Shown: in pieces, positions 46,882 to 56,919 of the stretch | Layout of the letters: each line of letters begins with the position of its first letter | How positions within the stretch are numbered: the first letter of the stretch is position 1 | Source of the DNA: an uncultured bacterium | Lineage (GTDB): Bacteria; Acidobacteriota; Thermoanaerobaculia; Multivoradales; JAHZIX01 | Direction of reading: 5' to 3' | DNA length: 64,000 nucleotides | Assembly (NCBI GenBank): GCA_965368975.1 | Contig: CBDUPA010000001.1 | Location: forward strand, 736,001 to 800,000 | The notes under the pieces: generated by a model | Database searches by the model: none | The model's input: only the letters and a program-made list of their open reading frames with translations | Told to the model about the DNA's origin: nothing | Program-made: the position numbers and the translations under genes

Positions 46882-48729
46882 TCAGTCTCCGACCACAGGA
46901 TGTGTTCGGGGCGTCGGAATCTCCGGCAACAAGGACGGCGGCAGGGATCTGCGGGGCGATGGAGCAGGGGCCGATTGATCCGCGGGGTGCTCTGCGCCGC
47001 GCCTGGCGATTCGACGCTGGCTGGTCGCCAGTGCGTCGAGCGTACGGGACCGTTGCTGCTCGGTCAGGTCCGGTAGCTCGTTCTGGACCAGGCGAGCCTG
47101 TTCGAGCAGGACGCGCGCACGCTCGGGCAGGCCGACCCGGTTGCACAACTCGCCCAGAGTGACGAGCAACTGCAAGCGCAGGGCCGGGTCGACGCTGGAG
47201 TCGCCGCCGAGTCCCGGCGGGTCGGCCTGGAGCAACTCCTGGAGTTGTGAGTCTTGCAGCAGAGGGTTCTGCACGAGTGGGTCGCCCGCCGGTTCGTCGT
47301 CGGCGCCGCTGTTCTGGGCCGGTGCTCGATCCGGGTGCGCCTGCAGCAGGGTCAGCAGGTGGCGAATGGTATGCGTCGCTTCGGCCTGCCGTGTTTCGGC
47401 CGCGGCAGCCTGGCGTCGGGCTTCGGCGCTCTGGAAGTGGTAGACGCTCAGGCCGCTGATCAGCCCGCTGATCAGCCCGGATATCACCACCAACAGGGCC
47501 GCCGCGGTCAGCGGGTAGCGGCGCATCGGCTGTATCCAGCGCCGGGCGCGGTAGCGTTGCGCGGCGCCGATCGGCTCGTCCGCCAGATGCCGGCGTAGGT
47601 CTTCGGCCAACTCGGTGGCCGAACCGTACCGGTGATCGCGCTCGCGGGCCATGGCCTTGAGAACGATTCGATCCAGATCGCCCTGCAGGCGGCGATTCAG
47701 CGACAGCGGCGTAGCGTCCCGGTCGGTGGCCAGATACCAGCGTTCGCGCGTCGGCAGCGCCGCCAGTCGCCGGCTCGGGGGTGGTGCGTCGAACTCGGAC
47801 ATGCGGCGCATGAAGGCGAGGACACTCTCTTCCTGACGCTCGAACGGGAGTTCACCGACCAGTAGGATGTAGAGCAGCACGCCGAGGGCGTAGATGTCGG
47901 AGCGGATGTCGGCGTCGGCACTGACGTCGGGTTTGTCGCTGAACAGCTCGGGGCTGACAAAGGCCGGCGTGCCTAGTAGCACGTTGCCCGTCCGCAGGCT
48001 CGGATCCGCGATGGTCGCGTCGAGGGTTTTGGCAATGCCGAAGTCGATGATCTTGGGCACCGCCAGGCCGCCTTGCTCGGTGACCAGCACGTTCTCGGGC
48101 TTGATGTCGCGGTGCAACACGCCCTTCTGGTGCGCGTGGTGGATGCCGGCACAGACGTCGAGAAAGAGTTCCAGGCGTCGCTCGATGTTCAGCCGCCCAC
48201 GGTCGCAGTAGCGCAGCAGGGACACGCCCGGCACGTGCTCCATGACGAAGTAGGGACGCCCGTCCGGTAGATCACCGGCCTCGTACACCTGGGCGATATT
48301 CGGATGGCTCATGCGCTCCAAGGCCTGCCTCTCGACCTCGAAGCGGTACATCAGTTTGCGCTGGTCGGGGCGTGCACGCGTGACCTTGACGGCCACCTGG
48401 CGCTCGATCGGCTCGGTCTGCTCGGCCAGGTACACGCTGCCCATGCCGCCCTCGCCCAGCAGCTCCAGCAGACGGTAGCGGCCGATGTACTCGGGCACGC
48501 TAGCCAGGCCGGTCGCGGTCGCAGAAGTAGCGGGCGGCAGCTCGATCTCGCGGCTCGGTGCCTTGGGTAGAAAGCCAGTGATTTCGAGCTGCGACGGCAA
48601 CAGAGACTCGGCCCAGCGGCGCAACTGGGGCGCATCGATACAGGCCTTCTCGATATAGGCCAAGCGTTGGCTTTCTGGCAATGCGGCGGCGGCCTCGACG
48701 ATCTCGATCAGGCGCTGCTGCTCAGCCAT
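46882..48729 (-). CDS. Ser/Thr kinase with TM helix and short TPR-like tail
   Basis: GEGGMG, HRDIKPEN, DFG, GTPAFVSPE; start uncertain (ATG 48729 chosen). Confidence 0.9.
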   Translation of the reverse strand: MAEQQRLIEIVEAAAALPESQRLAYIEKACIDAPQLRRWAESLLPSQLEITGFLPKAPSREIELPPATSATATGLASVPEYIGRYRLLELLGEGGMGSVYLAEQTEPIERQVAVKVTRARPDQRKLMYRFEVERQALERMSHPNIAQVYEAGDLPDGRPYFVMEHVPGVSLLRYCDRGRLNIERRLELFLDVCAGIHHAHQKGVLHRDIKPENVLVTEQGGLAVPKIIDFGIAKTLDATIADPSLRTGNVLLGTPAFVSPELFSDKPDVSADADIRSDIYALGVLLYILLVGELPFERQEESVLAFMRRMSEFDAPPPSRRLAALPTRERWYLATDRDATPLSLNRRLQGDLDRIVLKAMARERDHRYGSATELAEDLRRHLADEPIGAAQRYRARRWIQPMRRYPLTAAALLVVISGLISGLISGLSVYHFQSAEARRQAAAAETRQAEATHTIRHLLTLLQAHPDRAPAQNSGADDEPAGDPLVQNPLLQDSQLQELLQADPPGLGGDSSVDPALRLQLLVTLGELCNRVGLPERARVLLEQARLVQNELPDLTEQQRSRTLDALATSQRRIARRGAEHPADQSAPAPSPRRSLPPSLLPEIPTPRTHPVVGD

Positions 48730-49031
48730 GGTGTGGGACTTGGCTGCCAAAGCTTCCCCTCTGGATCCAGCGAGTCCTGGTGACGCGGGCTCGGACGCTG
48801 GTTGTGGGTATCTCGTGGGCCGGCATCCAGGCCTTCCAGAGGTCCGGAAGGTCGAAGAATCCGACACATCATTGTGACCGGAAGTCCCCAAGGGGTCAAC
48901 ATGACACTCCCTGTGAGGGCTTTTCGTGAGTAGTGACACAAAATGTCAGAGGGTGTTCGGGTTTTGACTCAGTGCCGTGAGCCGATCCGCAAGGGGCCTG
49001 CCGCCAGCAGGTCCTCGACGCCGGGACGAAG

Positions 49032-49048
49032 TGGTGTGGCTCTTGCAT
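49032..49048 (+). promoter_or_regulatory. Putative sigma-54 promoter TGGTGTG-GCTC-TTGCAT
   Basis: GG-N10-GC spacing matching TGGYRYR-N4-TTGCA about 25 nt before the ATG; palindrome TGACA-N5-TGTCA at 48934-48948 is a possible UAS. Confidence 0.5.
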
Positions 49049-49073
49049 CGATTTGGAGTTACAGGAGGTTCTC

Positions 49074-50060
49074 ATGCGTCGATTTGTCCCCTCTCTCACC
49101 GTTCTCGTTCTCTCCGCTTGCACCACCGCTCTCTTTCCGGGGCTCACCACTGTTGCCGCTGGCGAACGGCAGAGCTGGCAGGGCGTGCTGGCACCTCCGC
49201 TCGCCGTCGATCCCGCATCGCCGGAAGCCGGCTTCGCCGACGAGGCGCCAACACTGCGACCGCGGATGCTGTCGCCGAGTCCAGAGGATCAGGTCATGGA
49301 ACTGGTCAACGAGGAACGCTGGAACAACGGCCAGCTGCCGCCACTGAAACGAAACTCGCTGCTCGACACCTCGTCCGAGTCACACAGCTTCAATATGGCC
49401 GATCGCGACTTCTTCGCTCATTGCGATCTCGACACCAGTACCTCGCCCTGGGCGCGCATGATCGCTGCTGGCTATGCCTACGCCTCTGCTGCCGAGAACA
49501 TCGCCGCGGGACACAGCAGTGCCGCCGCGGTGATGGTTGGCTGGATGAACTCCGCTGGCCACCGTGCCAACATTCTGAGTACCGGAGTCAACGAGTTGGG
49601 GATCGGCTTCTACCAGCAGAGCGGTGATCAGGGCAACATCCGGCGTGATCTCAATGGCGACTGCGTGGCGGATAGCTTCAACAACGGTCCCTACTCCAAC
49701 TACTGGACGCAAAACTTCGGTTCGCGTGCCGGCAACTACCCGGTGGTGATCGACCGAGAAGCCTTCGAGACCGAAACGCAGGCCGTCCAGCTCTACCTCT
49801 ACGGCAACGGCTTCGCCACCGAGATGCGCATCCGCAACGAGAATGGCAGCTTTGGGGCCTGGCAGCCGTTCAGCAGCGACGTCAACTGGAACCTCAGCCC
49901 CGGCAACGGCACCAAGACGGTCTACGTCGAGATCCGCAGTGCCGGCGGTACCGTGCGCTCGGCCAACGACAGCATCGAACTCAACATCGCCGCCAACCAC
50001 ATCTTCACCGATGGCTTCGAGAGCGGTAATCTGACTCTGTGGTCGGATCAGGTCCCCTGA
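49074..50060 (+). CDS. Secreted CAP (SCP) domain protein with IFTDGFESG C-terminal tail
   Basis: LVNEER, HS..MA...FF.H, ENIAAG, WMNSAGHRANIL, YWTQNFG; RBS AGGAGG. Confidence 0.88.
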   Translation: MRRFVPSLTVLVLSACTTALFPGLTTVAAGERQSWQGVLAPPLAVDPASPEAGFADEAPTLRPRMLSPSPEDQVMELVNEERWNNGQLPPLKRNSLLDTSSESHSFNMADRDFFAHCDLDTSTSPWARMIAAGYAYASAAENIAAGHSSAAAVMVGWMNSAGHRANILSTGVNELGIGFYQQSGDQGNIRRDLNGDCVADSFNNGPYSNYWTQNFGSRAGNYPVVIDREAFETETQAVQLYLYGNGFATEMRIRNENGSFGAWQPFSSDVNWNLSPGNGTKTVYVEIRSAGGTVRSANDSIELNIAANHIFTDGFESGNLTLWSDQVP

Positions 50061-50145
50061 CAGCGTGCTTCGAGTTGCCCGTTACCCACCCGTCTTTGGG
50101 TGACTGGTTGAGAGGGACATCGAGAAACTCCTATTATTAGGAGCT

Positions 50146-52272
50146 ATGTTTACACATGCATCGGATCTGCCTGCAGGGTGGAGGCCCGTTACCCAGCTTT
50201 CCGAGGCGCTCGGTGTCCTCCTGCTCTTTCTCCTACCGGTCGATCTCTTCCTCGTAGCGGTTGATCTCGAAGCCCAGGGCTGTGGCGAGCGGACGAGCTA
50301 CCGCCAGGCGACGGAAACGCAAGTGCGTTTCGTCAACATCGCGGCGCAGGACAGCGCTGGCGTGAGCTACCGGCGCGGACCGTCGGAGCGCAACGAGATC
50401 TTCGACGCGCTCAAAGAGGAGCCGACCTACACCTTTCTGGATCTGGTCAACACGCCGATCAAGGCGCGGGGTGCACCGGGCGTGGCGATCTTCGATTACG
50501 ACGTTGACGGCGACCTGGATGTCTTTGTGACCAATGGGCCGGGGCGCTTCAACAGCCTCTACTCGAACCAGCTGGTCGAGACGGGCGACCTGGAGTTCGT
50601 CGACGTTGCGGGGACCGCACGCGTCGGCCTGCCGGAGATGGACGCAGGCGGTACCTGCTTTGGCGACATCGACAACGACGGCTTCCAGGACCTGGTGATT
50701 CTCGACAGTGTGGGCGAGAACCGGTTGCTGCGCAACGTTGGTAACGGCACCTTCGACGACATCAGCGCGCACAGCGGCATCGCGCTGCCGGCGCGCGCAT
50801 CGTCGTCGTGCAGCTTTGGTGACATCGATGCCGACGGCTATCTCGATCTGCTGATCGGGAACGTCTTCATCATGGCCAGTCAGCGGGCCATCTTCCAGGA
50901 GCCGTTCGCACTCAACCAGCACAACCGCCTGCTGCGCAACCTCGGCGATGGCACCTTCGAGGACGTCAGCGCTGCCAGTGGTATCGAGAAGCCATGGCTA
51001 CCCGTGGCCGCACCCGACGATTCGGCCACGATCACTTGGGCCCTGGCGCTGGTCGACATCGATCTCGACGGCGATGTCGACGTGGTGCAGGCGGACGACC
51101 AAGGGGGAATCTTGGGGAACCTCCAAGGTGGTGTCGACCGCGGCATGATCCAGATCCTCGACAACGACGGCAGTGGCACGTTCACCGCCTCGACGCTCGA
51201 GCGCGGCCTACGCCGGACCGGTTTCTGGATGGGCCTATCGTTCGGCGACTATGACCACAGTGGCACGCTCGACCTTTTCGGCTCCAACTTCGGCGACAAC
51301 GACGATTCGCGCTGGTTCTTCCAGAATGTGGACGGTACCTTCGAAGACATCATCTTCACCGTCGGCTTGGTGCGCACGCCGTTCGGCTGGGGAACCTCGT
51401 CGGTGGATTACGACAACGACGGCGACACCGACATTCTTTTCCACGGCGGCATGGACGCCGGTCTACACGTGCTGACCAATCCGGGAGGCGTCTTGCGCAA
51501 CGACGGCAAGGGCGGCTTCTCGCGCGACACCGAGGCGTTGTTTGGATCCACCGAGCACGTCCGCCGTACCGTTCACGGCATGGCGGCGGGCGATCTCGAC
51601 CGCAATGGCTTCATCGACATCGTGTCCGTCTCCAACTTCGACATGTTCCCGTTCGGCGACTATCCGCTGACGCTGCAGTCTGCCACCGGCGGGGAGTGGG
51701 ATGACGACAACTTCATCCTCGAGACCTTCGTGCAGGTGCAGCAGAGCCCGCCGGCGTACGCATGGCAGGGTTTCGGGCTCGAAGACGGCACCCTGTCCGT
51801 CGAGACCAACAGCGGCAATGACCTCGGCTGGCTCCAGGTGCAGGTGCTCGGTGGCATGGGACGGACCGTGTCCGGCCGGGTCAACCGTGACGGCATCGGC
51901 GCGGTAGTCCGCGTGGCTCCGAAGGTGGGCGAGACCCTGGCCCACCCGGTGTTGCTGCCGGTGCTCGGTGGTGCCAGCCACGCCTCGCAGGACAGCCTGA
52001 TCGTGCAGGCGGGGCTGGGAGTGCGCAGCCGTGCCGACGTCGAGGTGCTGTGGCCGGGCGGTGTGCGCAACAAGCTGTACGATGCCGCCGGCTGTCAGGT
52101 GCTACGCTTCCCGGAGATCCCGTGCAGCTTCGACACGAGCGACAGCCGCGGCGCTTATCAGAGCTGCGTCCAGGACGCGCTGGCGGCGTGGCAGAGCCTG
52201 GGGGAGCTCGAGGCACCGGCCGTGCCGCTCTTTCTCGAGAGTGCCCTACGCGCCTACGACGAGGCGCGCTGA
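50146..52272 (+). CDS. CRTAC1/ASPIC-UnbV family FG-GAP-like repeat protein
   Basis: Repeated D.D.DG..D, N.G.GTF.DVS, NRDGIGA.V.V, V.WPGG. Confidence 0.85.
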   Translation: MFTHASDLPAGWRPVTQLSEALGVLLLFLLPVDLFLVAVDLEAQGCGERTSYRQATETQVRFVNIAAQDSAGVSYRRGPSERNEIFDALKEEPTYTFLDLVNTPIKARGAPGVAIFDYDVDGDLDVFVTNGPGRFNSLYSNQLVETGDLEFVDVAGTARVGLPEMDAGGTCFGDIDNDGFQDLVILDSVGENRLLRNVGNGTFDDISAHSGIALPARASSSCSFGDIDADGYLDLLIGNVFIMASQRAIFQEPFALNQHNRLLRNLGDGTFEDVSAASGIEKPWLPVAAPDDSATITWALALVDIDLDGDVDVVQADDQGGILGNLQGGVDRGMIQILDNDGSGTFTASTLERGLRRTGFWMGLSFGDYDHSGTLDLFGSNFGDNDDSRWFFQNVDGTFEDIIFTVGLVRTPFGWGTSSVDYDNDGDTDILFHGGMDAGLHVLTNPGGVLRNDGKGGFSRDTEALFGSTEHVRRTVHGMAAGDLDRNGFIDIVSVSNFDMFPFGDYPLTLQSATGGEWDDDNFILETFVQVQQSPPAYAWQGFGLEDGTLSVETNSGNDLGWLQVQVLGGMGRTVSGRVNRDGIGAVVRVAPKVGETLAHPVLLPVLGGASHASQDSLIVQAGLGVRSRADVEVLWPGGVRNKLYDAAGCQVLRFPEIPCSFDTSDSRGAYQSCVQDALAAWQSLGELEAPAVPLFLESALRAYDEAR

Positions 52273-52299
52273 GATGTGTCCATAGAGTCTACTCGAGGC

Positions 52300-54063
52300 C
52301 TACGGCACTTCCGGCTCTTGCAGCTCTCCATAGATCTTCCCGGGTTGCTTCACCTGCAGCTGATCCGGCGAGACGAGCCCCGGGTGCTGGAGTACATAGT
52401 GCTGCAGTGTTGGCGCAGCCCGCTGCAGGACCTCGGGAGCGAGATTCTGCGGTAGGCCCTGGTCGAAGTAGGGGCGCAAGACCTGTTCTGCTGCCTTGGT
52501 GTCGCCGCTCAGGGTGTACTGGTGTGCGCTCTCCAAGCGCACTGTCGCGGCTTGCAGAGGTTGTTGCAACCTCTGGTACCCCTCGGCCAGCAGGTTGGTG
52601 AGGTCTGGAGAGAAGCGATAGGCGAGGGTCGGTCGCCGCGGTGCAGCCTCCGGCGTCGCTTCGTCCGGGCTTTCCTGCAGCCGGCTGGCGGTACGGCGTG
52701 CGGCTTCCAGCTGGAAGATGGCCGAGCTCACGGTGTTGCCGTCGCCCCATTCGCCGAGACGTGCATAGACCAGACCCAGAGTCCGGTGATACTGGAAGAT
52801 CTCATCCAGTTCACCGCCGCGGTAGGCGTTCAGCTTCTGCTCGTAGAGTTGGCGCTCGTGACGCCGCGTCAGATCGGCGAGCTGATCCAGGTCGCCGCGG
52901 CCAGCATAGAGTACCGCCAGCTCGTGGAAGGCTGCTGGCTCGACGCCGCGCGGGTCGATCTCAGAGGCGAGCAGGTAGCAGCGTTCGGCGACTGTCTTCT
53001 GATCGTGCTGCTGGTACCAGCGTGCCATGCCGCTCATCAGCTGCTGGAAGGCCGCCCGCGGCCATAGTCCTCGTGGCGCTTCCAGGTCGACCGCACCGCG
53101 CTCGCTCCACCAGCCGTAGTGCGCTTTCCAGTCGCGCTGTACCAGCAGCTGGAATAACTCCAGCACGCCTTCGCCGATCTCGGGGTCCTCGGCCAGCGGC
53201 TTCAGGCGCCGGTAGGTTGGAGAGTCCACGAAGTCGGCAGGATCGAAGAAGCGCTTGCCCAGGGACGCGGCGACCAGCGCCAGCAGCTCTTCCCGGTGCG
53301 CGCGCAGCGGGCCGCCCTCGGTCGCGGACTCGAGTGCAGTCAAGGCGCCGTTTCCGGCACGCCGCGGCTGTTCGTTCGCATAGAGCTGCCAAAGGTAGGA
53401 GAGTAGCGGTTCGGGTCGTCCTCGGAGACGGTATTCCAGCACCGTCTCGTGTGCCTGGACGTCCTGCGCGTTGGCCACTGCCACGGCCTGGTAGGCGTCG
53501 ATAGCACGGTCCGGCGAACTGCGGCTGGACAAGTCGGCATAGGTGCGAGCGTAGGTGGCGGTACGAGCATCGCCGCTCTCCGCAGCCAGCTCGCGGGCCT
53601 GGGCGGCGTATCTCAGGGCCTGGTCGTGTTGGTCCAGGGCGCTGTAGAGCCGCGCCAGGTTGTTGTACGTGGCGGCGGAGTCCGGGGTGGCGCGCAAGAA
53701 CTCCGTGTACAGGAGGATCGCTCTCTCGCGCAGGGTCCGTGCCCGCTGGACGTCGTCGCTGGCCTCGGCCTGCCGCTGGTAGGCGAGTGCACGGTAGAAC
53801 GGCATGCGCTGCGCGGTCGTGCTATCGCCGCTCTCGCGTGCGTGTTCTTCGGCGGCGCTGAAGAGGCGTGCCGCCCGTTCATAGTCCGCGGCCGCCATGG
53901 CGCTGCGGGCCTGCTGCACCAAGCTCGTTGGATGCATCCCCGCGGTGGGAGTTTCCGAGGTGCGAGTGCCGCCCGCGGGCTGGGCCCACAGCGTCGCGCC
54001 GCCGCAGGTGGCCAGGACCAGGGCTGCCAAGGCTGGGGCCCGCCATCGTATGTTGAACATCAT
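52300..54063 (-). CDS. Secreted TPR-repeat protein of unknown function
   Basis: Signal peptide; TPR motifs (PDSAATYNNLARLY); overlaps the stop of the upstream gene. Confidence 0.78.
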   Translation of the reverse strand: MMFNIRWRAPALAALVLATCGGATLWAQPAGGTRTSETPTAGMHPTSLVQQARSAMAAADYERAARLFSAAEEHARESGDSTTAQRMPFYRALAYQRQAEASDDVQRARTLRERAILLYTEFLRATPDSAATYNNLARLYSALDQHDQALRYAAQARELAAESGDARTATYARTYADLSSRSSPDRAIDAYQAVAVANAQDVQAHETVLEYRLRGRPEPLLSYLWQLYANEQPRRAGNGALTALESATEGGPLRAHREELLALVAASLGKRFFDPADFVDSPTYRRLKPLAEDPEIGEGVLELFQLLVQRDWKAHYGWWSERGAVDLEAPRGLWPRAAFQQLMSGMARWYQQHDQKTVAERCYLLASEIDPRGVEPAAFHELAVLYAGRGDLDQLADLTRRHERQLYEQKLNAYRGGELDEIFQYHRTLGLVYARLGEWGDGNTVSSAIFQLEAARRTASRLQESPDEATPEAAPRRPTLAYRFSPDLTNLLAEGYQRLQQPLQAATVRLESAHQYTLSGDTKAAEQVLRPYFDQGLPQNLAPEVLQRAAPTLQHYVLQHPGLVSPDQLQVKQPGKIYGELQEPEVP

Positions 54064-55058
54064 GGGTCCTCCGCCAGTTCGGCGGTTTCCAGCACGTAGC
54101 GGGCCATGTAGACACGCACGTTGCGCAGACTCTCGGAGTTGAGCAGCGCTGGGATCCGTTCATCCCAGTTGCTGCCGCCCGAAGCAGTCCCGGTGGCACT
54201 GCCGGTCTGGGGCACCAGGATCGGCGGGAAGCGAAACAGCTCGATCACACATTGCGCGAGCCGCCCACCCTCGGCGCGGCCGACCGGTTCCAACTCGATG
54301 CGACCGTCCTGCAACTCGGCATCTTGGTTGCGCGCCGAGAAGGTGACGCCGAGCTTGGAGCCGGGAGCGGCGGCGAGTTCGTGGAACGCCAGGGGGATCA
54401 CGATCGCTTGCAGGTCCGCCTGGGCCTGCAGGGAACGGGTGAGTGTCACGCGGCGCAGGAATTGCGCTTCCAGCTTGGCCAGGAAGTCGTCGCCCGCGAA
54501 GTGCGCGCGCAGGTGCTCGCGGATGCGGCTCTCGAGTGCTCCGCGCAGCGCGTCCTGCTCCGGGCGAATCTCGAACCACGAGACAAGGGTCTCCGCCGGC
54601 AGTGCCAGCTGTAGTTCGCCGTCCTCGGGGCTGCGCCCACGGTAGACCAGGTTCAGGTCCTCGCCGAACTGCTGCGTCTCGGCCACCAGGTGTAAGCGTA
54701 GCTCGTTGGCTTTGTCTTGCAGCAGGGGGGTATCCGAGGCATCCGGTAGCTGGTGCAAGGCGCGCCAGTCGACAAAGCGGAAGTGACGCTCGCCCAGCGT
54801 CGCCAGTTCGTCGGCGGCCGCTTGTTGCAGGGCCTGTCGCTGCTCACCTTGCAGCGCCAGGCCAGGAGCTTCCAAGACCAGCGAGGTGACCACGACGGGG
54901 CGCTGGGCCTGGGTCGGTGTCGCTGTGGTCCACGGGCTCGACAGCACCAGGAGGGGCCACACGAGCCCTTGCAGCCACAGTCGGCGCCGCGGTTTCGGGA
55001 TCGCCCAGCGGCGTCCTCGTGGACTTCGGTGCCCGACGTGCACGGAGCGCTCGCTCAT
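54060..55058 (-). CDS. Hypothetical exported protein
   Basis: 332-aa ORF with signal-like N-terminus; ATGA-type coupling to the upstream gene and overlap with the downstream start. Confidence 0.65.
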   Translation of the reverse strand: MSERSVHVGHRSPRGRRWAIPKPRRRLWLQGLVWPLLVLSSPWTTATPTQAQRPVVVTSLVLEAPGLALQGEQRQALQQAAADELATLGERHFRFVDWRALHQLPDASDTPLLQDKANELRLHLVAETQQFGEDLNLVYRGRSPEDGELQLALPAETLVSWFEIRPEQDALRGALESRIREHLRAHFAGDDFLAKLEAQFLRRVTLTRSLQAQADLQAIVIPLAFHELAAAPGSKLGVTFSARNQDAELQDGRIELEPVGRAEGGRLAQCVIELFRFPPILVPQTGSATGTASGGSNWDERIPALLNSESLRNVRVYMARYVLETAELAEDP

Positions 55059-56092
55059 CGTCCCACCTCCAGGATCCAGGTCTTGATCTTGCCGCCGGGC
55101 AGCGTGTCGAGGGTCGTCTGCCAGCTGGCTTGTAGCCGCGGTGTGCCGTTCTCACCTGGGCAGTGAATTTCCAGCGTCAGCGGCTCCTGCAGCGGGGCCC
55201 GTGGGCTAGGATGCCGGGTCGGTGTACTTTGCCACTTGATCAGCCATGGAGCCTGTGCCGGCTGTGGCATCTCCAGCACCAGGGTCAGGTGCTCTTGTAG
55301 ATGGGGTTCGAGCTCAGCCGCATCGTTCTGACGGGCGAGCAGGTCGAGATCCTCGGCGGGCGCGCCGGTGAGCAGGGGACGTTCGCGCACATCGTCGAGG
55401 TGCAGCAATTCGTTACCGCCTTCGACACCCAGGCGCAAGGTGCAGGGCGCCGTCACCTCGCTGCCCGGATCCGGCAGGCCCTGGAGGGATAGCCCGGGGA
55501 TCAGCCGGAGGGCACGCAAACGCCGACGCTCGAAGTCTCCAGGCACCTTCAGGCGCAGGAAGGTCCAGGGCCACAGCGTGCGCGTTTCGGGTTCGAAGCC
55601 GGGGGGCTCGGTGATGCGGACTTCAAGTGTCCTCGGGCCCAGGGCCAGGAAGAACGGGCGTCCTTGGACGCGATCCGTCGACTTGACCGGCAAGGCCTCC
55701 AGCCATGGGTTGCCGTCCTTCCATACCTCGACCTCGAAGCTCGCCTCACCGGCCTTGGCGCCGGCGTATTCGAAGTACAGCGACGAGGTGAGGCCGTAGA
55801 ACAGCGCCAGCACCACGAGCGCGAAAACCAGCGGCTCGGTGGCGCTGGCGCGGCCGAGAAGTTTCTGGGTCCAGCTCGACAGTTCCTTGCCGGCCTTGCC
55901 CAGGAACGCTGCCTGGAATAGCTTCCACAGACCCCAGAGGGTCAGCGTGCCACCCAACAGCGAGGTGGTGGTGACCAGCGGTTCCAGGTGCAGGCGGAAC
56001 CACACCGTCACGCCGACCACCAGCACCACGAAGAGCAGTAGATTGAGCCGGTAGCGGCTCGATGCCAGGGTGCTGGTGTCGGCGTCGGGCAT
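55055..56092 (-). CDS. Hypothetical membrane protein (three N-terminal TM helices plus soluble domain)
   Basis: Hydrophobic segments LLLFVVLVVGVTVW, LLGGTLTLWGLW and LVFALVVLALFYGL. Confidence 0.7.
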   Translation of the reverse strand: MPDADTSTLASSRYRLNLLLFVVLVVGVTVWFRLHLEPLVTTTSLLGGTLTLWGLWKLFQAAFLGKAGKELSSWTQKLLGRASATEPLVFALVVLALFYGLTSSLYFEYAGAKAGEASFEVEVWKDGNPWLEALPVKSTDRVQGRPFFLALGPRTLEVRITEPPGFEPETRTLWPWTFLRLKVPGDFERRRLRALRLIPGLSLQGLPDPGSEVTAPCTLRLGVEGGNELLHLDDVRERPLLTGAPAEDLDLLARQNDAAELEPHLQEHLTLVLEMPQPAQAPWLIKWQSTPTRHPSPRAPLQEPLTLEIHCPGENGTPRLQASWQTTLDTLPGGKIKTWILEVGR

Positions 56093-56111
56093 GGTGGTCT
56101 CGCTTGCGGGC

Positions 56112-56906
56112 CTACTCCGGCTCGGAGGGTTGTACCGGGATCTGGACGCTCACGTGGTCGACGCACACGCCCATCGGAATGCAGCCGCTGTTGAGTTGCT
56201 TCGCCTCCACGAACACGGTGTAGGTCCCCGGGGTGTCGTAGATGTGCTGGACTTCCTGACCCCGCACCGGAGTTTCGCCGGGGACGAAGGTCCAGTCGGT
56301 CACGGTACGAGAGACGTCACCGGGAAAGCTGGCGCGGCAGGTGAAGACCTCGCCAGCGGTGGCGGGGTCGCACTCGGCCGTGAGGTCGAACTTGGCCTCC
56401 TGCACGAATTTGACGCGGATGGTGGCGCGCGCGGCGGCCTGGCACAGCTCTCCGTCCGGCCCCTGCACCAGGACGCGCAGGCGCACCATGTGGCCGCCGG
56501 AGCGGTCATAGGCGTACTCGACCTCCAGCTTTTCGGCTGTCACCACGACGCCGCCGCCATGGTCGGTCAAGCGCCAGCGGGTCACGCCGCCGAAGGCGCC
56601 CGGACCGGCGAGCACGGCGCGGAGCTTGAGTCGCTCGCCGATGTTGGCGAAGTCGGGAGCCACGAGGCTCACCTCGGTGTCACTGCATTGCGGCAAGGCT
56701 CGCCAATCGACGCGAATCTCCTCGGTTTGCAGCTCTTCAGGTTGCGGTTCCTCAGCCTGTAGTTCCTCGGATTGTGCCGGGGCAGTCGCAGGTGTCTCGT
56801 CTTGGGTGGCCGCCTGGCTCGCCCGAGCAGGCAGACCCAGGCCTGGTACGGCGAGCAGGAGCAGCACGAGCGCGGGCCACGGGTTCTGTCGTATCGAGGG
56901 GCTCAT
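56112..56906 (-). CDS. Secreted PKD-domain protein
   Basis: Signal peptide; two Ig/PKD-like modules (YAYDRSGGHMVRL; W.F..GE....QHIYDTPGTYTV). Confidence 0.72.
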   Translation of the reverse strand: MSPSIRQNPWPALVLLLLAVPGLGLPARASQAATQDETPATAPAQSEELQAEEPQPEELQTEEIRVDWRALPQCSDTEVSLVAPDFANIGERLKLRAVLAGPGAFGGVTRWRLTDHGGGVVVTAEKLEVEYAYDRSGGHMVRLRVLVQGPDGELCQAAARATIRVKFVQEAKFDLTAECDPATAGEVFTCRASFPGDVSRTVTDWTFVPGETPVRGQEVQHIYDTPGTYTVFVEAKQLNSGCIPMGVCVDHVSVQIPVQPSEPE

Positions 56907-56919
56907 CTTGGTCTTTGGC

